A DNA stretch of 64,000 nucleotides from Thermodesulfobacteriota bacterium (GTDB lineage: Bacteria > Desulfobacterota > Desulfarculia > JACQYL01), in the NCBI GenBank assembly GCA_963675595.2, contig CAXXLZ010000001.1, forward strand, positions 1,024,001 through 1,088,000, read 5' to 3'. Made by a program: the position numbers and the translations under genes. The notes beneath the pieces are model-generated. The model was not told where the DNA came from, searched no databases, and saw only the letters and a program-made list of their open reading frames with translations. How positions within the stretch are numbered: the first letter of the stretch is position 1; every line of letters starts with the position of its first letter. This document shows positions 1 through 8,672 of this stretch, in pieces.

Positions 1-240
1 CATCCATTGCCGGGCTAGCGCAAGCCATTGGAATCGGCCCTTTTCGATGGCCTTGTAATAGGCGGTCCAGGACAACTGGGGCCGAACGGCCAGAAGCGCG
101 GAAGAAATATGGCCGCCGCGGCAGACCATACATCCCATCAGGAGTTCCAGAAGAGTCGGAGCTATTCTGCACGGAACGGCCTGAAATAGAAAGGAAATCC
201 ACTGCGATAGGAGCATAAGTGCTTGAGCCGTCGAATCCAT
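1..240 (-). CDS. IS701-like (DDE) transposase, N-terminal part; runs off the window start
   Basis: Manual translation from ATG 240 is open to position 1: MDSTAQALMLLSQWISFLFQAVPCRIAPTLLELLMGCMVCRGGHISSALLAVRPQLSWTAYYKAIEKGRFQWLALARQWM. The 'ELLxG...WxxYYKxxExGR.xW' pattern resembles N-termini of IS701-type transposases. Not in the ORF track. Confidence 0.6.
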   Translation of the reverse strand, partial: MDSTAQALMLLSQWISFLFQAVPCRIAPTLLELLMGCMVCRGGHISSALLAVRPQLSWTAYYKAIEKGRFQWLALARQWM

Positions 241-378
241 TGGTTGACCCCCAAGGAAAGGTTTCTTTCCTTAAAGGGCCGCCAAAGGCGGCCGCGCATC
301 CGCGCGGCAATGTCAAGTACTTTGTTGTCTTTATTCGCATTTTTCCTATACCAAGGGTCGCCAGACTCTAAACTCTAG
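1..378 (-). mobile_element. Putative IS701-like element, one end near AAACTCTAG (370-378)
   Basis: Transposase-like 5' part plus upstream hairpins (ggccgcc-aaa-ggcggcc). It abuts the start of the RAYT-derived repeat. The other end lies outside the window, so the IR cannot be confirmed. Confidence 0.4.
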
Positions 379-400
379 TTTGTTTGCCATGGACCACAAT

Positions 401-1280
401 ATGCCCAAGCCTGCACGCGTTGTCACGCTTGCTTATGCGCATCATGTCAGCCGGCGAGGCAACCGCCGCCGACCAACCTTTTCCTCCGAACTGATTACGA
501 AAACTATCCCGATCTTGTGGTCGAGTGGTGCCGTCGCCTTGGCGGCGGCATCCGGCCCATTGCCTCATGCCAACCCTGCTCATTTAATCGCCGTTCCGAA
601 ATCCAAATAGGCCTTGTGTGGCCTTGTGTGAGGCCACAGGTGAGGCATCAAGGATTATACCGATATCGGAGCCGTTATGGCTCAGATCGGGCTGAGATGG
701 GGCCTGCCGCCGTGCGGGCGAGGATATCGTACACCGTGGCCTGTTGAAGACCGGCTGGCCTTGCTCCGTCGTTCCCGGGTCCGCCCGACCATCCACTCAT
801 TCGAGACCATGATCCCGCAAAAATGACGGGAATTCCCAATTGACGGGGACCTTCCTTCACGGGTTAAATAAGGAAAGAATAACCGTGCAAAATAAGCCCC
901 GCCCTATCTCAGGAATCGCTCAAGATGATCAAAGGGCCATGGCGGCTCTGTGGGACCCGTCACGGCGTACGTTGGGTTGAGCTTGCCGCTTCTAGAGAAG
1001 GGCGGGGAAGCCAAGGACGGTCGGAAGCGGTAAATGTTCCCCGATTTTCCGCCTCCAAATAACGGATGGCCGGCGGTGCTAAATGTCGTCGTGCTTCAAG
1101 AGCCGCTTTAAGCGAAACAAATGGTGGGAACAGGTCCATCGATCCATTGGGCGGTGTATTGGATGGGTTTGGGGCCTTTAATAGAAGCGGGGCAGGCCGA
1201 GGACGGACGGAAGCCGTAAGGCATCCATCGATTAGACTGAGACAAGTCTCATACTTTGTCACGTTGGTCATCAAGGTCCC
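401..1280 (+). pseudogene. Degenerate REP-associated tyrosine transposase (RAYT/Y1 HUH) remnant, repeat unit 1
   Basis: MPKPARVV..YAHHVSRRGNRRRPTF matches the RAYT N-terminus (HHVTQRGNRRQxxF). Frameshifted EWCRR and CLMP.HLIAVP (HUH region) follow, with RGRPR-like C-terminal remnants at 1000-1033 and 1187-1219. Multiple stops and frameshifts. Confidence 0.75.
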
Positions 1281-1375
1281 ATGATACATGGCACAGTTAT
1301 CTGACAGTTTATAGCATATATTTGCCAACAGACGTATTTTATGTTAGGCTTATTGAGTAATGAAAGGCTGTTATT

Positions 1376-2200
1376 GTGGGTCATAACTATCTCCCTAAAT
1401 ACTATCTGAAAGGATTTTGTAGATCTGAAGATAACAGTATTTGGGCTTTTGATAAAACAAGTGGCAATAAGTTTATAACGCAAATAAAGACTTTGGCGAA
1501 TATCACCGGACTATATTCTGAAGAAATAGAGCAATACTTAGCAAATGAAATAGAGAATCCTGCGAATCCAGTTCTTGATAAACTCCGAAACCACCAAACA
1601 ATTAATGATTCTGAGAAGAGCGTTTTCGCCAAGTACATTTCAGTAATGTGGAAAAGGGTTCCTCGCGCTCAAGAAGATGTGAAGAAGATGGCGCCGAGGA
1701 TCGCAGATGAAATAGGTAATAAATTGAAGTTTGATTTGATGGATAAGCAAGTCAAAATGCCCGAAGAGACCAATTTTATTGACATACGAAGAAGAGAAAT
1801 CGATGATATAATATCACGATTTAGTGAATGCCCCCCGAAAGACATATGGCTGAAGAATATTCCACCGGACCGCACACCAAATATTGTAAATGCAATAAAA
1901 TCAATGACTTGGAGATTCTTTGAATTTGATGACAATCCTGCATTCTTAACATGTGATAACCCCGTTTTCTATTTTCAAGAAATTGGTGTTGGAAGAAAAG
2001 ACTCTGAACTTTCATTTCCAATTTCAAGTCATATCGTTCTATGGGCGACATGGCGATCAGATATATCTGATAAATATATAAAGGCATCTAGTCAAGTGGT
2101 TAAGGAAATGAACAGAAGAACAGCGCACAATGCAAGCAAATTTGTTTTCCATAGTAAAGATGAATATTGGATAGGCCCTTTCTTAAAAAAGGGGAGATGA
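1376..2200 (+). CDS. DUF4238 domain protein
   Basis: N-terminal HNYLPKYYLKGF (HxYxPxxYLxxF) and FLTCDNPV...FPIS motifs are typical of DUF4238. AT-rich relative to the flanks. Confidence 0.8.
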   Translation: MGHNYLPKYYLKGFCRSEDNSIWAFDKTSGNKFITQIKTLANITGLYSEEIEQYLANEIENPANPVLDKLRNHQTINDSEKSVFAKYISVMWKRVPRAQEDVKKMAPRIADEIGNKLKFDLMDKQVKMPEETNFIDIRRREIDDIISRFSECPPKDIWLKNIPPDRTPNIVNAIKSMTWRFFEFDDNPAFLTCDNPVFYFQEIGVGRKDSELSFPISSHIVLWATWRSDISDKYIKASSQVVKEMNRRTAHNASKFVFHSKDEYWIGPFLKKGR

Positions 2201-2271
2201 AAACTTAATAGAATAGAATAAATAGCATTTTCATTAGGCCTAAGATATAGGAGACAGATATGTCTGCTTAT

Positions 2272-2835
2272 ACCTGCACGCGTTGTTCCGCTTGCTTATT
2301 CGCATCATGTCAGCCGGCGAGGCAACCAATGCCAACCAACCTTTTCCTCCGAAAGCGATCATGAAGCTTGTCCCGATCTCGTGGTCGAGTGGTGCCGTCG
2401 CTTTGGCGGCGGCACCCGTCCTATTGCATGCTGCCCAATCATGCTCACTTGATCGCCGTTCCCGAATCCAAGGAAGGCTTGCGCGGGGCCTCAGGTGAGG
2501 CATCAAGGATTATACCTAGACTGGAGCAGTTATGGCTCAGATCAGGTGTGATATGGCCTGCCGCCGTGCAATCGAGGATATCGTACTCCGTGGCCTGTTG
2601 AAGACCGGCTGTGCTTTCCCCGCCGTTCCTGAGTCCGCCCGACCATCCACCCATTCGAGACCATGATCCCGCAAAAATGACGGGAATTCCCAATTGACGG
2701 GGGCCTACCTGCACGCGTTATAAGAAAATGGAGCCGCGCAAAATGAGAACCGCCTTATCTCAGGATTCGCTCAAGATGATCCAAGGGCCATGGAGGGTCT
2801 GTGGGACCCGTCACGCCGTACGTTGGGTTGAGCTT
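2272..2835 (+). repeat. RAYT-derived repeat unit 2, left part
   Basis: Colinear with 410-984 (cctgcacgcgttgt...gttgggttgagctt). Contains YCMLPNHAHLIAVP (HUH motif). Confidence 0.85.
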
Positions 2836-2959
2836 TGGTTTCGCTAACCTAAAACTGACCCACCTGTGGAGGGAACGCTAACGGAAAATTGACCCACCTG
2901 TGATCAGGTCCTGATAAGTGGGATGAAGGAAGCAAAGACCGCTTGTCGGGGGTGAGGAG

Positions 2960-4465
2960 ATGCTGACGGTGGATCAATACGGCTACGTTAGGACGGCACA
3001 TCGGGTGTACGGCAAGGGGATCAGGGAGATCGCCCGAGAGACGGGGCACTCCAGGAACACGATCAAGAGAGCATTGCGGGAGGAGTACGGCGGTTACGGC
3101 GAGAGGCGACATCAGCCCTATCCTTCTTTGGGGCGGTTTCTCAAAACGATCGACGGTTGGCTGACGGAAGACCGGGAGCGGCCTCGGAAGCAGCGACATA
3201 CGGCGGCGCGGATTTACCATCGATTGAGGAAGGAGCATGGATTCGAGGGCGGGGAGAGCACGGTGAGACGTTACGTGCGTGAAGCGCGAAGGCGGTTGGG
3301 CGTGGGTGAACCCCGGGTCTTTATTCCCCTTGAGCCCGATCTCGGTATGGAGGCCGAGGTGGATTGGGGCGGCTGCCACGCCGTTGTGGCCGGAGAGTGC
3401 GTGAAGCTCAAGCTGTTTTGCATGCGTTCCAAGGGCAGCGGCAAACCGTTTGTACGCTGTTTTCCATGCGAACGGCAACAGGCGCTGTTTGAAGGACACA
3501 TGGAAGCCTTCGCCTTCTACGGAGGAGTCTTCCGGCGGTTGATCTACGACAACCTGACCACCGCGGTGCAGAAGGTGTTCAAAGGCAAGAAACGCAAGCT
3601 TCAGGAAAGTTTCGAGCGATTTCGGGCGTACTACGGCTTTGTGCCCCGATTCTGCAATCGCGGCCAGGCGCATGAGAAGGGTGGAGTGGAAGGGCTCGTA
3701 GGCTATGCTCGACGGAATTTTCTGGTGCCCGTGCCGGAAGTGGGGAGCCTGGAGGAACTCAACGCGCAGCTCTTGGCGGAATGCGCCTCCTACGGAGACC
3801 ACCGCATCACGGGTCGGGAAAAGACCGTCGAGGAGCTTTTCCAGGAGGAGAAAGGGCTTCTGATACCGCTTCCGGAGATTCCCTTCGCCAACGTGGAAGT
3901 CGTTTCCGGCAAGGTGGACAAGTACTCCACGGTCATCGTCGAGAAGAACCGTTATTCGGCGCCGCCTCGCTTCGTGGGTCTCATGACTCGCGTGATGTTG
4001 TACGTGGACCGGGTGGAGGTTTTCTACGGAGGCCGAAGGATCGCCGTGCATCCTCGGCATTACGGCAACAACAAATGGCGGCTCGATCCCATGCACTACC
4101 TGGAGTTGCTGCATCGTCGTCCCCAAGCCTTCGCCGACGCCCGGCCGATCCGCCAATGGAGAGCCGTCTGGCCGCCCTCCCTGGAAAGACTCCTGGAACG
4201 ATTTTGTGAAGCTCAGGGCGAAAATCGCGGGATCAAAGACTTCATCGGGGTGTTGAGGCTCTTCCGGGAACATGAGGAAAGGGACGTGTTTGATGCCGTG
4301 GAAGCGGCCGTGGGAGCCGGAGTGAGTTCACGGGAGGCGGTGGAACACCTTCTGATCATGTCCGAAGGCAAAGATCACGCCTCCCGGCCCGCCTCCCTTG
4401 ACGCGTGGCCGACGTTTTCACCGCCGGATGTTTCCGTGTACTCGCGGATCGGAGCGCTGTCATGA
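2960..4465 (+). CDS. istA: IS21 transposase IstA
   Basis: N-terminal HTH (GIREIARETGHSRNT); EAEVDWG, YDNL and HEKGGVE (DDE) motifs. Confidence 0.95.
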   Translation: MLTVDQYGYVRTAHRVYGKGIREIARETGHSRNTIKRALREEYGGYGERRHQPYPSLGRFLKTIDGWLTEDRERPRKQRHTAARIYHRLRKEHGFEGGESTVRRYVREARRRLGVGEPRVFIPLEPDLGMEAEVDWGGCHAVVAGECVKLKLFCMRSKGSGKPFVRCFPCERQQALFEGHMEAFAFYGGVFRRLIYDNLTTAVQKVFKGKKRKLQESFERFRAYYGFVPRFCNRGQAHEKGGVEGLVGYARRNFLVPVPEVGSLEELNAQLLAECASYGDHRITGREKTVEELFQEEKGLLIPLPEIPFANVEVVSGKVDKYSTVIVEKNRYSAPPRFVGLMTRVMLYVDRVEVFYGGRRIAVHPRHYGNNKWRLDPMHYLELLHRRPQAFADARPIRQWRAVWPPSLERLLERFCEAQGENRGIKDFIGVLRLFREHEERDVFDAVEAAVGAGVSSREAVEHLLIMSEGKDHASRPASLDAWPTFSPPDVSVYSRIGALS

Positions 4466-5238
4466 AACCGGCCGTTCAAGCCCAGTTAACGGCCAATCTG
4501 AAAATCCTGAAGCTCTCCGCCGTCCTGAGCCATCTGGAAACGCAGTTGCGCCAAGCGCGGGAAAACAAGGAGGATTATGCGGAGTTCCTCCTTGGACTGA
4601 GTGAACTGGAAGTGGCGGCTCGAATGGAGAACGGCTGCAAACGCCGGATCCACGACGCCCGTTTCCCGCTGCTCAAGCCCATGGAGAGCTTCCGGTTCGA
4701 GGCGGCACCGGAACTCGATGTGAGGAAAATCCGGGAACTTCTTGAAGGGCAATACATCCGGGAGGCCCGCAACGTCATCTTTCTGGGCCGGAGCGGCACG
4801 GGAAAGACCCACCTGGCCACGGCCCTCGGAATGGCCGCCTGCCGACAAGGAGTACGAACCCGATTCCTGACCGGCTGTTCCTTGGCCAATGAACTGATTG
4901 AAGCCCGGGACGAAAAGGTCCTGGGCCGGGTCATGAAACGATATGCTTCCTACGGTCTGTTGATCGTAGATGAACTGGGGTATGTGCCCCTGTCCAGGGA
5001 AGGGGCGGAGCTGCTTTTTCAAGTTCTGGCCGAGCGGCATGAAAAGAAGCCCGTAATCATCACGACGAACCTCGGGTTCGGCGACTGGACACAGATCTTC
5101 GGAGACCCAACCCTGACTGCGGCGCTACTGGACCGGGTGACGCACAAGGCCCACGTCATTTCCTGTTCCTGGGAGAGCTATCGTTTGAAGGACACGCTCA
5201 AGAAAAAGCAGCCGCCTCAAGACCGGGTTCTCGGCTGA
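4462..5238 (+). CDS. istB: IS21 helper AAA+ ATPase IstB
   Basis: Walker A GRSGTGKT, Walker B LLIVDELGY, TTN...W, LDR. ATGA overlap with istA. Confidence 0.95.
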   Translation: MKPAVQAQLTANLKILKLSAVLSHLETQLRQARENKEDYAEFLLGLSELEVAARMENGCKRRIHDARFPLLKPMESFRFEAAPELDVRKIRELLEGQYIREARNVIFLGRSGTGKTHLATALGMAACRQGVRTRFLTGCSLANELIEARDEKVLGRVMKRYASYGLLIVDELGYVPLSREGAELLFQVLAERHEKKPVIITTNLGFGDWTQIFGDPTLTAALLDRVTHKAHVISCSWESYRLKDTLKKKQPPQDRVLG

Positions 5239-5382
5239 CAACTCCGGTCGCCTACGGCTTCCTACGTTGTCAGCCGATCCAAGCCCCGACCAGGGAGGAC
5301 GGCTGAGGAAACCCATAACCAAACCCAAGGGTGGGTCAATTTTCCGTGATCAAGGTGGGTCAATTTTGGGTTGTCATTACGA

Positions 5383-5503
5383 GAGCTTGCCGCGTCTGAA
5401 GGAGGGCGGGGAAGCCAAGGACGGACGGAAGAGGTAAGGATGTCCCAGGTGTCTCTCCATTAGACGAAACTCACACTTTGTCATGTTAGTCAACAACGTC
5501 CCC
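5383..5503 (+). repeat. RAYT-derived repeat unit 2, right part (after IS21)
   Basis: gggcggggaagccaaggacgg matches ~1000-1020. ctca(c/t)actttgtca(t/c)gtt(a/g)gtca...gtccc matches 1248-1280. Confidence 0.8.
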
Positions 5504-5817
5504 ATAAAGATCACATCAAGATCACAGATTATGCAGCCACGTGAATCAAAAGGTCTCGATCAAGGTAGACTCAAGGAACTTCTCCGAGCAGCCATAAAAG
5601 GCTATGTTTCTTTGCTCAGTGGAGAAGATGTAGAAGCTAAACTTCGGAGAACGGTTTGGCGAGTCCACGAAGGTGGCTACAGCAGTGTTGACATTGAATT
5701 CCCATATTATACTAGAGAACGGACTCCAAAAGACTCAAAGCGCATGGCCCTCTGTGCCAATGAGAGTGAGACACCTACCCGTTGATAAATTAGTGTAGGG
5801 CGGGTAGGAGATGGAGC

Positions 5818-6309
5818 ATGATGAGGCACAGAGAGAAAGAGAATCCGGATGAGGGAATCGTGGTAACGGAGGGAGTCCGTAGGACGACCGGAGTTACCAC
5901 GATCGGGAAGCACGTCACGGTCCCCGACCCGGAGGTTCCAGAGAAGAAGCCTCGTCGCAGATTTACAGCCCGGTACAAGCTGAGAATCCTGGAGGAAGCC
6001 GATGCGTGTACTGAACCGGGCCGGCTCGGGGCTCTACTTCGGCGAGAAGGCCTGTATTCTTCGAGTCTGGCGACATGGCGTAGACAACGTGACCAGGGGC
6101 AGTTGAGGGCGCTTGGGCCAAAGAAGCGAGGCCGGAAGCCCAAGCAGAAGAACCCTATGGCAGAGCGGGTGGCCCGGCTTGAAAGGGAGAACCGCCGTCT
6201 CGAGAATCAACTGAAACAGGCGCGAACCATCATCGAAGTTCAAAAAAAAATCTCGGAGATACTGGGGATCGCTCAGCCGGACCTGGACGACGACGGGAGC
6301 AGTTCATGA
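5818..6309 (+). CDS. IS3-family transposase OrfA (HTH)
   Basis: RRRFTARYKLRIL..., GALLRREGLYSS.L..WRR, coiled coil. A9 run at 6242-6250 is a possible -1 frameshift site. Confidence 0.88.
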   Translation: MMRHREKENPDEGIVVTEGVRRTTGVTTIGKHVTVPDPEVPEKKPRRRFTARYKLRILEEADACTEPGRLGALLRREGLYSSSLATWRRQRDQGQLRALGPKKRGRKPKQKNPMAERVARLERENRRLENQLKQARTIIEVQKKISEILGIAQPDLDDDGSSS

Positions 6310-7301
6310 GCGCGGCGATGGAGCTGCGCACCGAGGTGGGAACCGTGCAGGCATGTGGAGCCATGGGCCTGCCCCGTGCGAGTTTCTATCGCCGCCTGAA
6401 GCCGGCGGCGGCCCGCACACCTCGGCCGGCGCCTCCCTTGGCTCTGAACCCCCAGGAGCGGGAAACCGTGGTCGATCTGCTTAACAGCTCCCGTTTTCAG
6501 GATGATGCTCCCCGTCAGGTCTTTGCCGTCTTGCTCGATGAAGGACAGTACTACTGCTCCATCCGGACCATGTACCGGATTCTCAAAGCGGAATCCGGTG
6601 ATGTCAAAGAGCGAAGAAAGCAGGCGTGGCGGCCTGTCTATAAAAAGCCCGAGTTGCTTGCGACCGGACCCAACAAAGTGTGGTCCTGGGATATTACGAA
6701 GCTAAAAGGGCCTGTGAAGTGGACCTATTTCCATCTTTACGTGATCATGGACATCTTCAGCCGCTACGTGGTCGGCTGGATGGTGGCCCATCGGGAAAGC
6801 GCCGCTTTGGCCAGGCAACTCATCGAAGAGACGTGCTTCAAGCAGGATATCAAGTCCGGCCAACTCATCATCCATGCGGATCGAGGCCCGGCGATGAAAG
6901 CGAAGTCCGTAGCCGAGTTCATGGGAGACATTGGAGTGACCAAGACCCACAGCCGACCCTATGTCAGCAATGATAACCCCTACTCGGAGGCGCAGTTTAA
7001 AACCCTCAAGTATTGCCCGAAATTCCCGAAACGGTTTGGATCAATCCAGGATGCCCGGTCTTTCTGCCGGGAGTTCTTCTCCTGGTACAACCCCGAGCAT
7101 CGGCATTCAGGCATCGGGTTGGTCACACCCGAACAGCTCCATTACGGACTCGCCCAGGACATTGTAGCGTGTCGCAGCCAAGTTCTTCGGGCTGCCTTCC
7201 GGAGCAACCCCAACCGTTTCAAAGGAAAGGTGCCACAGCCGCCAAAATTGCCCAAGGCCGCGTGGATCAACAAACCGTCGAGCGATGACGTGAGAGTCTA
7301 A
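6306..7301 (+). CDS. IS3-family transposase OrfB (rve DDE)
   Basis: WSWDIT, D.FSRYVVGW, HADRG, SNDNPYSEAQFKTLK motifs. Confidence 0.92.
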   Translation: MSAAMELRTEVGTVQACGAMGLPRASFYRRLKPAAARTPRPAPPLALNPQERETVVDLLNSSRFQDDAPRQVFAVLLDEGQYYCSIRTMYRILKAESGDVKERRKQAWRPVYKKPELLATGPNKVWSWDITKLKGPVKWTYFHLYVIMDIFSRYVVGWMVAHRESAALARQLIEETCFKQDIKSGQLIIHADRGPAMKAKSVAEFMGDIGVTKTHSRPYVSNDNPYSEAQFKTLKYCPKFPKRFGSIQDARSFCREFFSWYNPEHRHSGIGLVTPEQLHYGLAQDIVACRSQVLRAAFRSNPNRFKGKVPQPPKLPKAAWINKPSSDDVRV

Positions 7302-8672
7302 TTTCTGAAAACAGGTGTCTCATTTTCATTGACACATTCCGTGGAAATTATTCTGGACGCTCACGAGATACGAGCCCTTTTTGACTACCTCTGGGATGAA
7401 GGGATACGCAGCCTCCCTTTTATTAAGCCAGATCCGCCAAGACACGACTGGGAACACTTCGCCTTTTGTTGGATAGTCCATGAACCTGCAACGCGGGTAA
7501 TGGAAGACTTAGCAATTGATGAAGCGAGTGACACTGGTGACGTCACTCTGTGGAGATTGCCCAATGATGCTCTTGAAGCTCCTGTGGATGAAGTGGTTAC
7601 GAGAGTAGTCACTGGAAAAACATCCTTTGTTGCGAAATGCCCATTAAAATTTGTTAAGGGTCCCCGTGGTCTTACATTTGAGTTGGATAGCGACATCACG
7701 ATAGAAATCCCGACACGAAAGGAAATAGCTAAATACTCTAGCCGACATCATAAGGGAACTGTTTGGCGTTGCACCATGGATGAATTAGTACGTGAGGATA
7801 TAGCGATATTGGAGGTGAAAGGCAAGGTCAATAACGCACAACTCCTCCAATGGAATCCTCCAAAGACAGGTATCGAAGCGCTGGAGGAGGAAATCACTGA
7901 CACCATTGCTATCGTGAAGTGGGCTCTTTCTGCAACTAATAACCATGCAACTCCATTGATTGAGACAACGATAACCTATGAGGATATTATTGGTGGTAAA
8001 CTCGCATTAATTGGAACTGGTGAGATACAGAGGGGCCAAAGGAATGTAGGCACCAATTATGATCTCACTAGCATGGACATGGACAAAGCTTCTTGTTTGA
8101 TAAAAAAGGCGAGAAAACTGGTAGCAAAGCATTCTGAGCTATCCAAAGATTTAAAGGATTCTTTTTGGTATTGGAACAGAGCATCCTTGGCCGCATTGCA
8201 GCGCGACGCTCTCGTCGAAGCAGTAATCGGATTAGAGAATTTAGTGGTTGGTAATACGCATGAACTTAGGTATCGTTTCAGTCTTCATGGTGCTGCGTTG
8301 GTTTCCAAGCCTGACGATGATGTACAAGCTGTTTTCAAAGACTTAAGAAAAATATACGACCTAAGGAGTTCAGCGGTACATGGAAGCACCGAGGAGAAAG
8401 ACCGTGAAGCTCGTAAAGCTATTAAATATCTCTCCAAAGCATTGTTGGCAGTTATTGAATTGTGTGATATCAAGATTTTCGAATCGAACAGAAAGATATC
8501 AGATCAGATTGAAGAACGTATCCTGAAGAATAGCCCATATACGAAATTGAAAAGGTGAATATTGGTCTTGAAAAGCATTACGTTTGATACATACAGGCTT
8601 CGCACAATCACCAAGGGGTGTACTATTCATTTGTCCTGCCTAAGACTTGATGTACAATCATAGTATTTACCG

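Larger units (their letters stand above)
2836..5382 (+). mobile_element. IS21-family insertion sequence (2547 bp)
   Basis: Contains istA and istB. Imperfect terminal IRs with repeated (A)AAA(C/T)TGACCCACC motifs at both ends. 6-bp target duplication GAGCTT at 2830-2835 and 5383-5388; repeat unit 1 shows the empty site. Confidence 0.93.
5748..7341 (+). mobile_element. IS3-family insertion sequence
   Basis: IR TGTGCCAATGAGAGTGAGACACCT (from 5753) versus reverse complement of the right end TGTGTCAATGAAAATGAGACACCT (to 7336). 3-bp TGG duplication at 5745-5747 and 7342-7344. Contains orfA and orfB. Confidence 0.88.
5531..8558 (+). pseudogene. ApeA-like HEPN domain protein, interrupted by IS3 (reconstructed 476 aa from 5531-5747 + 7345-8558)
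   Basis: Removing the IS and one TGG copy joins ...KDSKRM to EIILDAHE... in frame. The C-terminus IGLENL...ELRYRF...YDLRSSAVHG carries the HEPN RxxxxH motif. Confidence 0.8.

Noticed and set aside
611-630. 10-bp tandem duplication GCCTTGTGTG
   Set aside because: Present only in repeat copy 1; a simple slippage lesion in a pseudogene.
368-1328. Short ORFs inside the repeat units (also 2240-2714)
   Set aside because: Fragments or shadows of the degenerate RAYT, not independent genes.
1200-2270. Classical integron attC sites around the cargo genes
   Set aside because: No convincing RYYYAAC...GTTRRRY pair with an internal palindrome, and no intI in the window.
2849-2902. Short repeated TGACCCACC motifs as a CRISPR array or iterons
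   Set aside because: They are the multiple transposase-binding repeats of the IS21 ends. No CRISPR array or cas gene was seen in the window.
2849-4273. 474-aa minus-strand ORF, and similar long ORFs at 8983-10641, 13745-15643, 15598-17001, 22153-23442 and 61115-62569
   Set aside because: Antisense or alternate-frame shadows of well-supported GC-rich genes, with no recognisable motifs.
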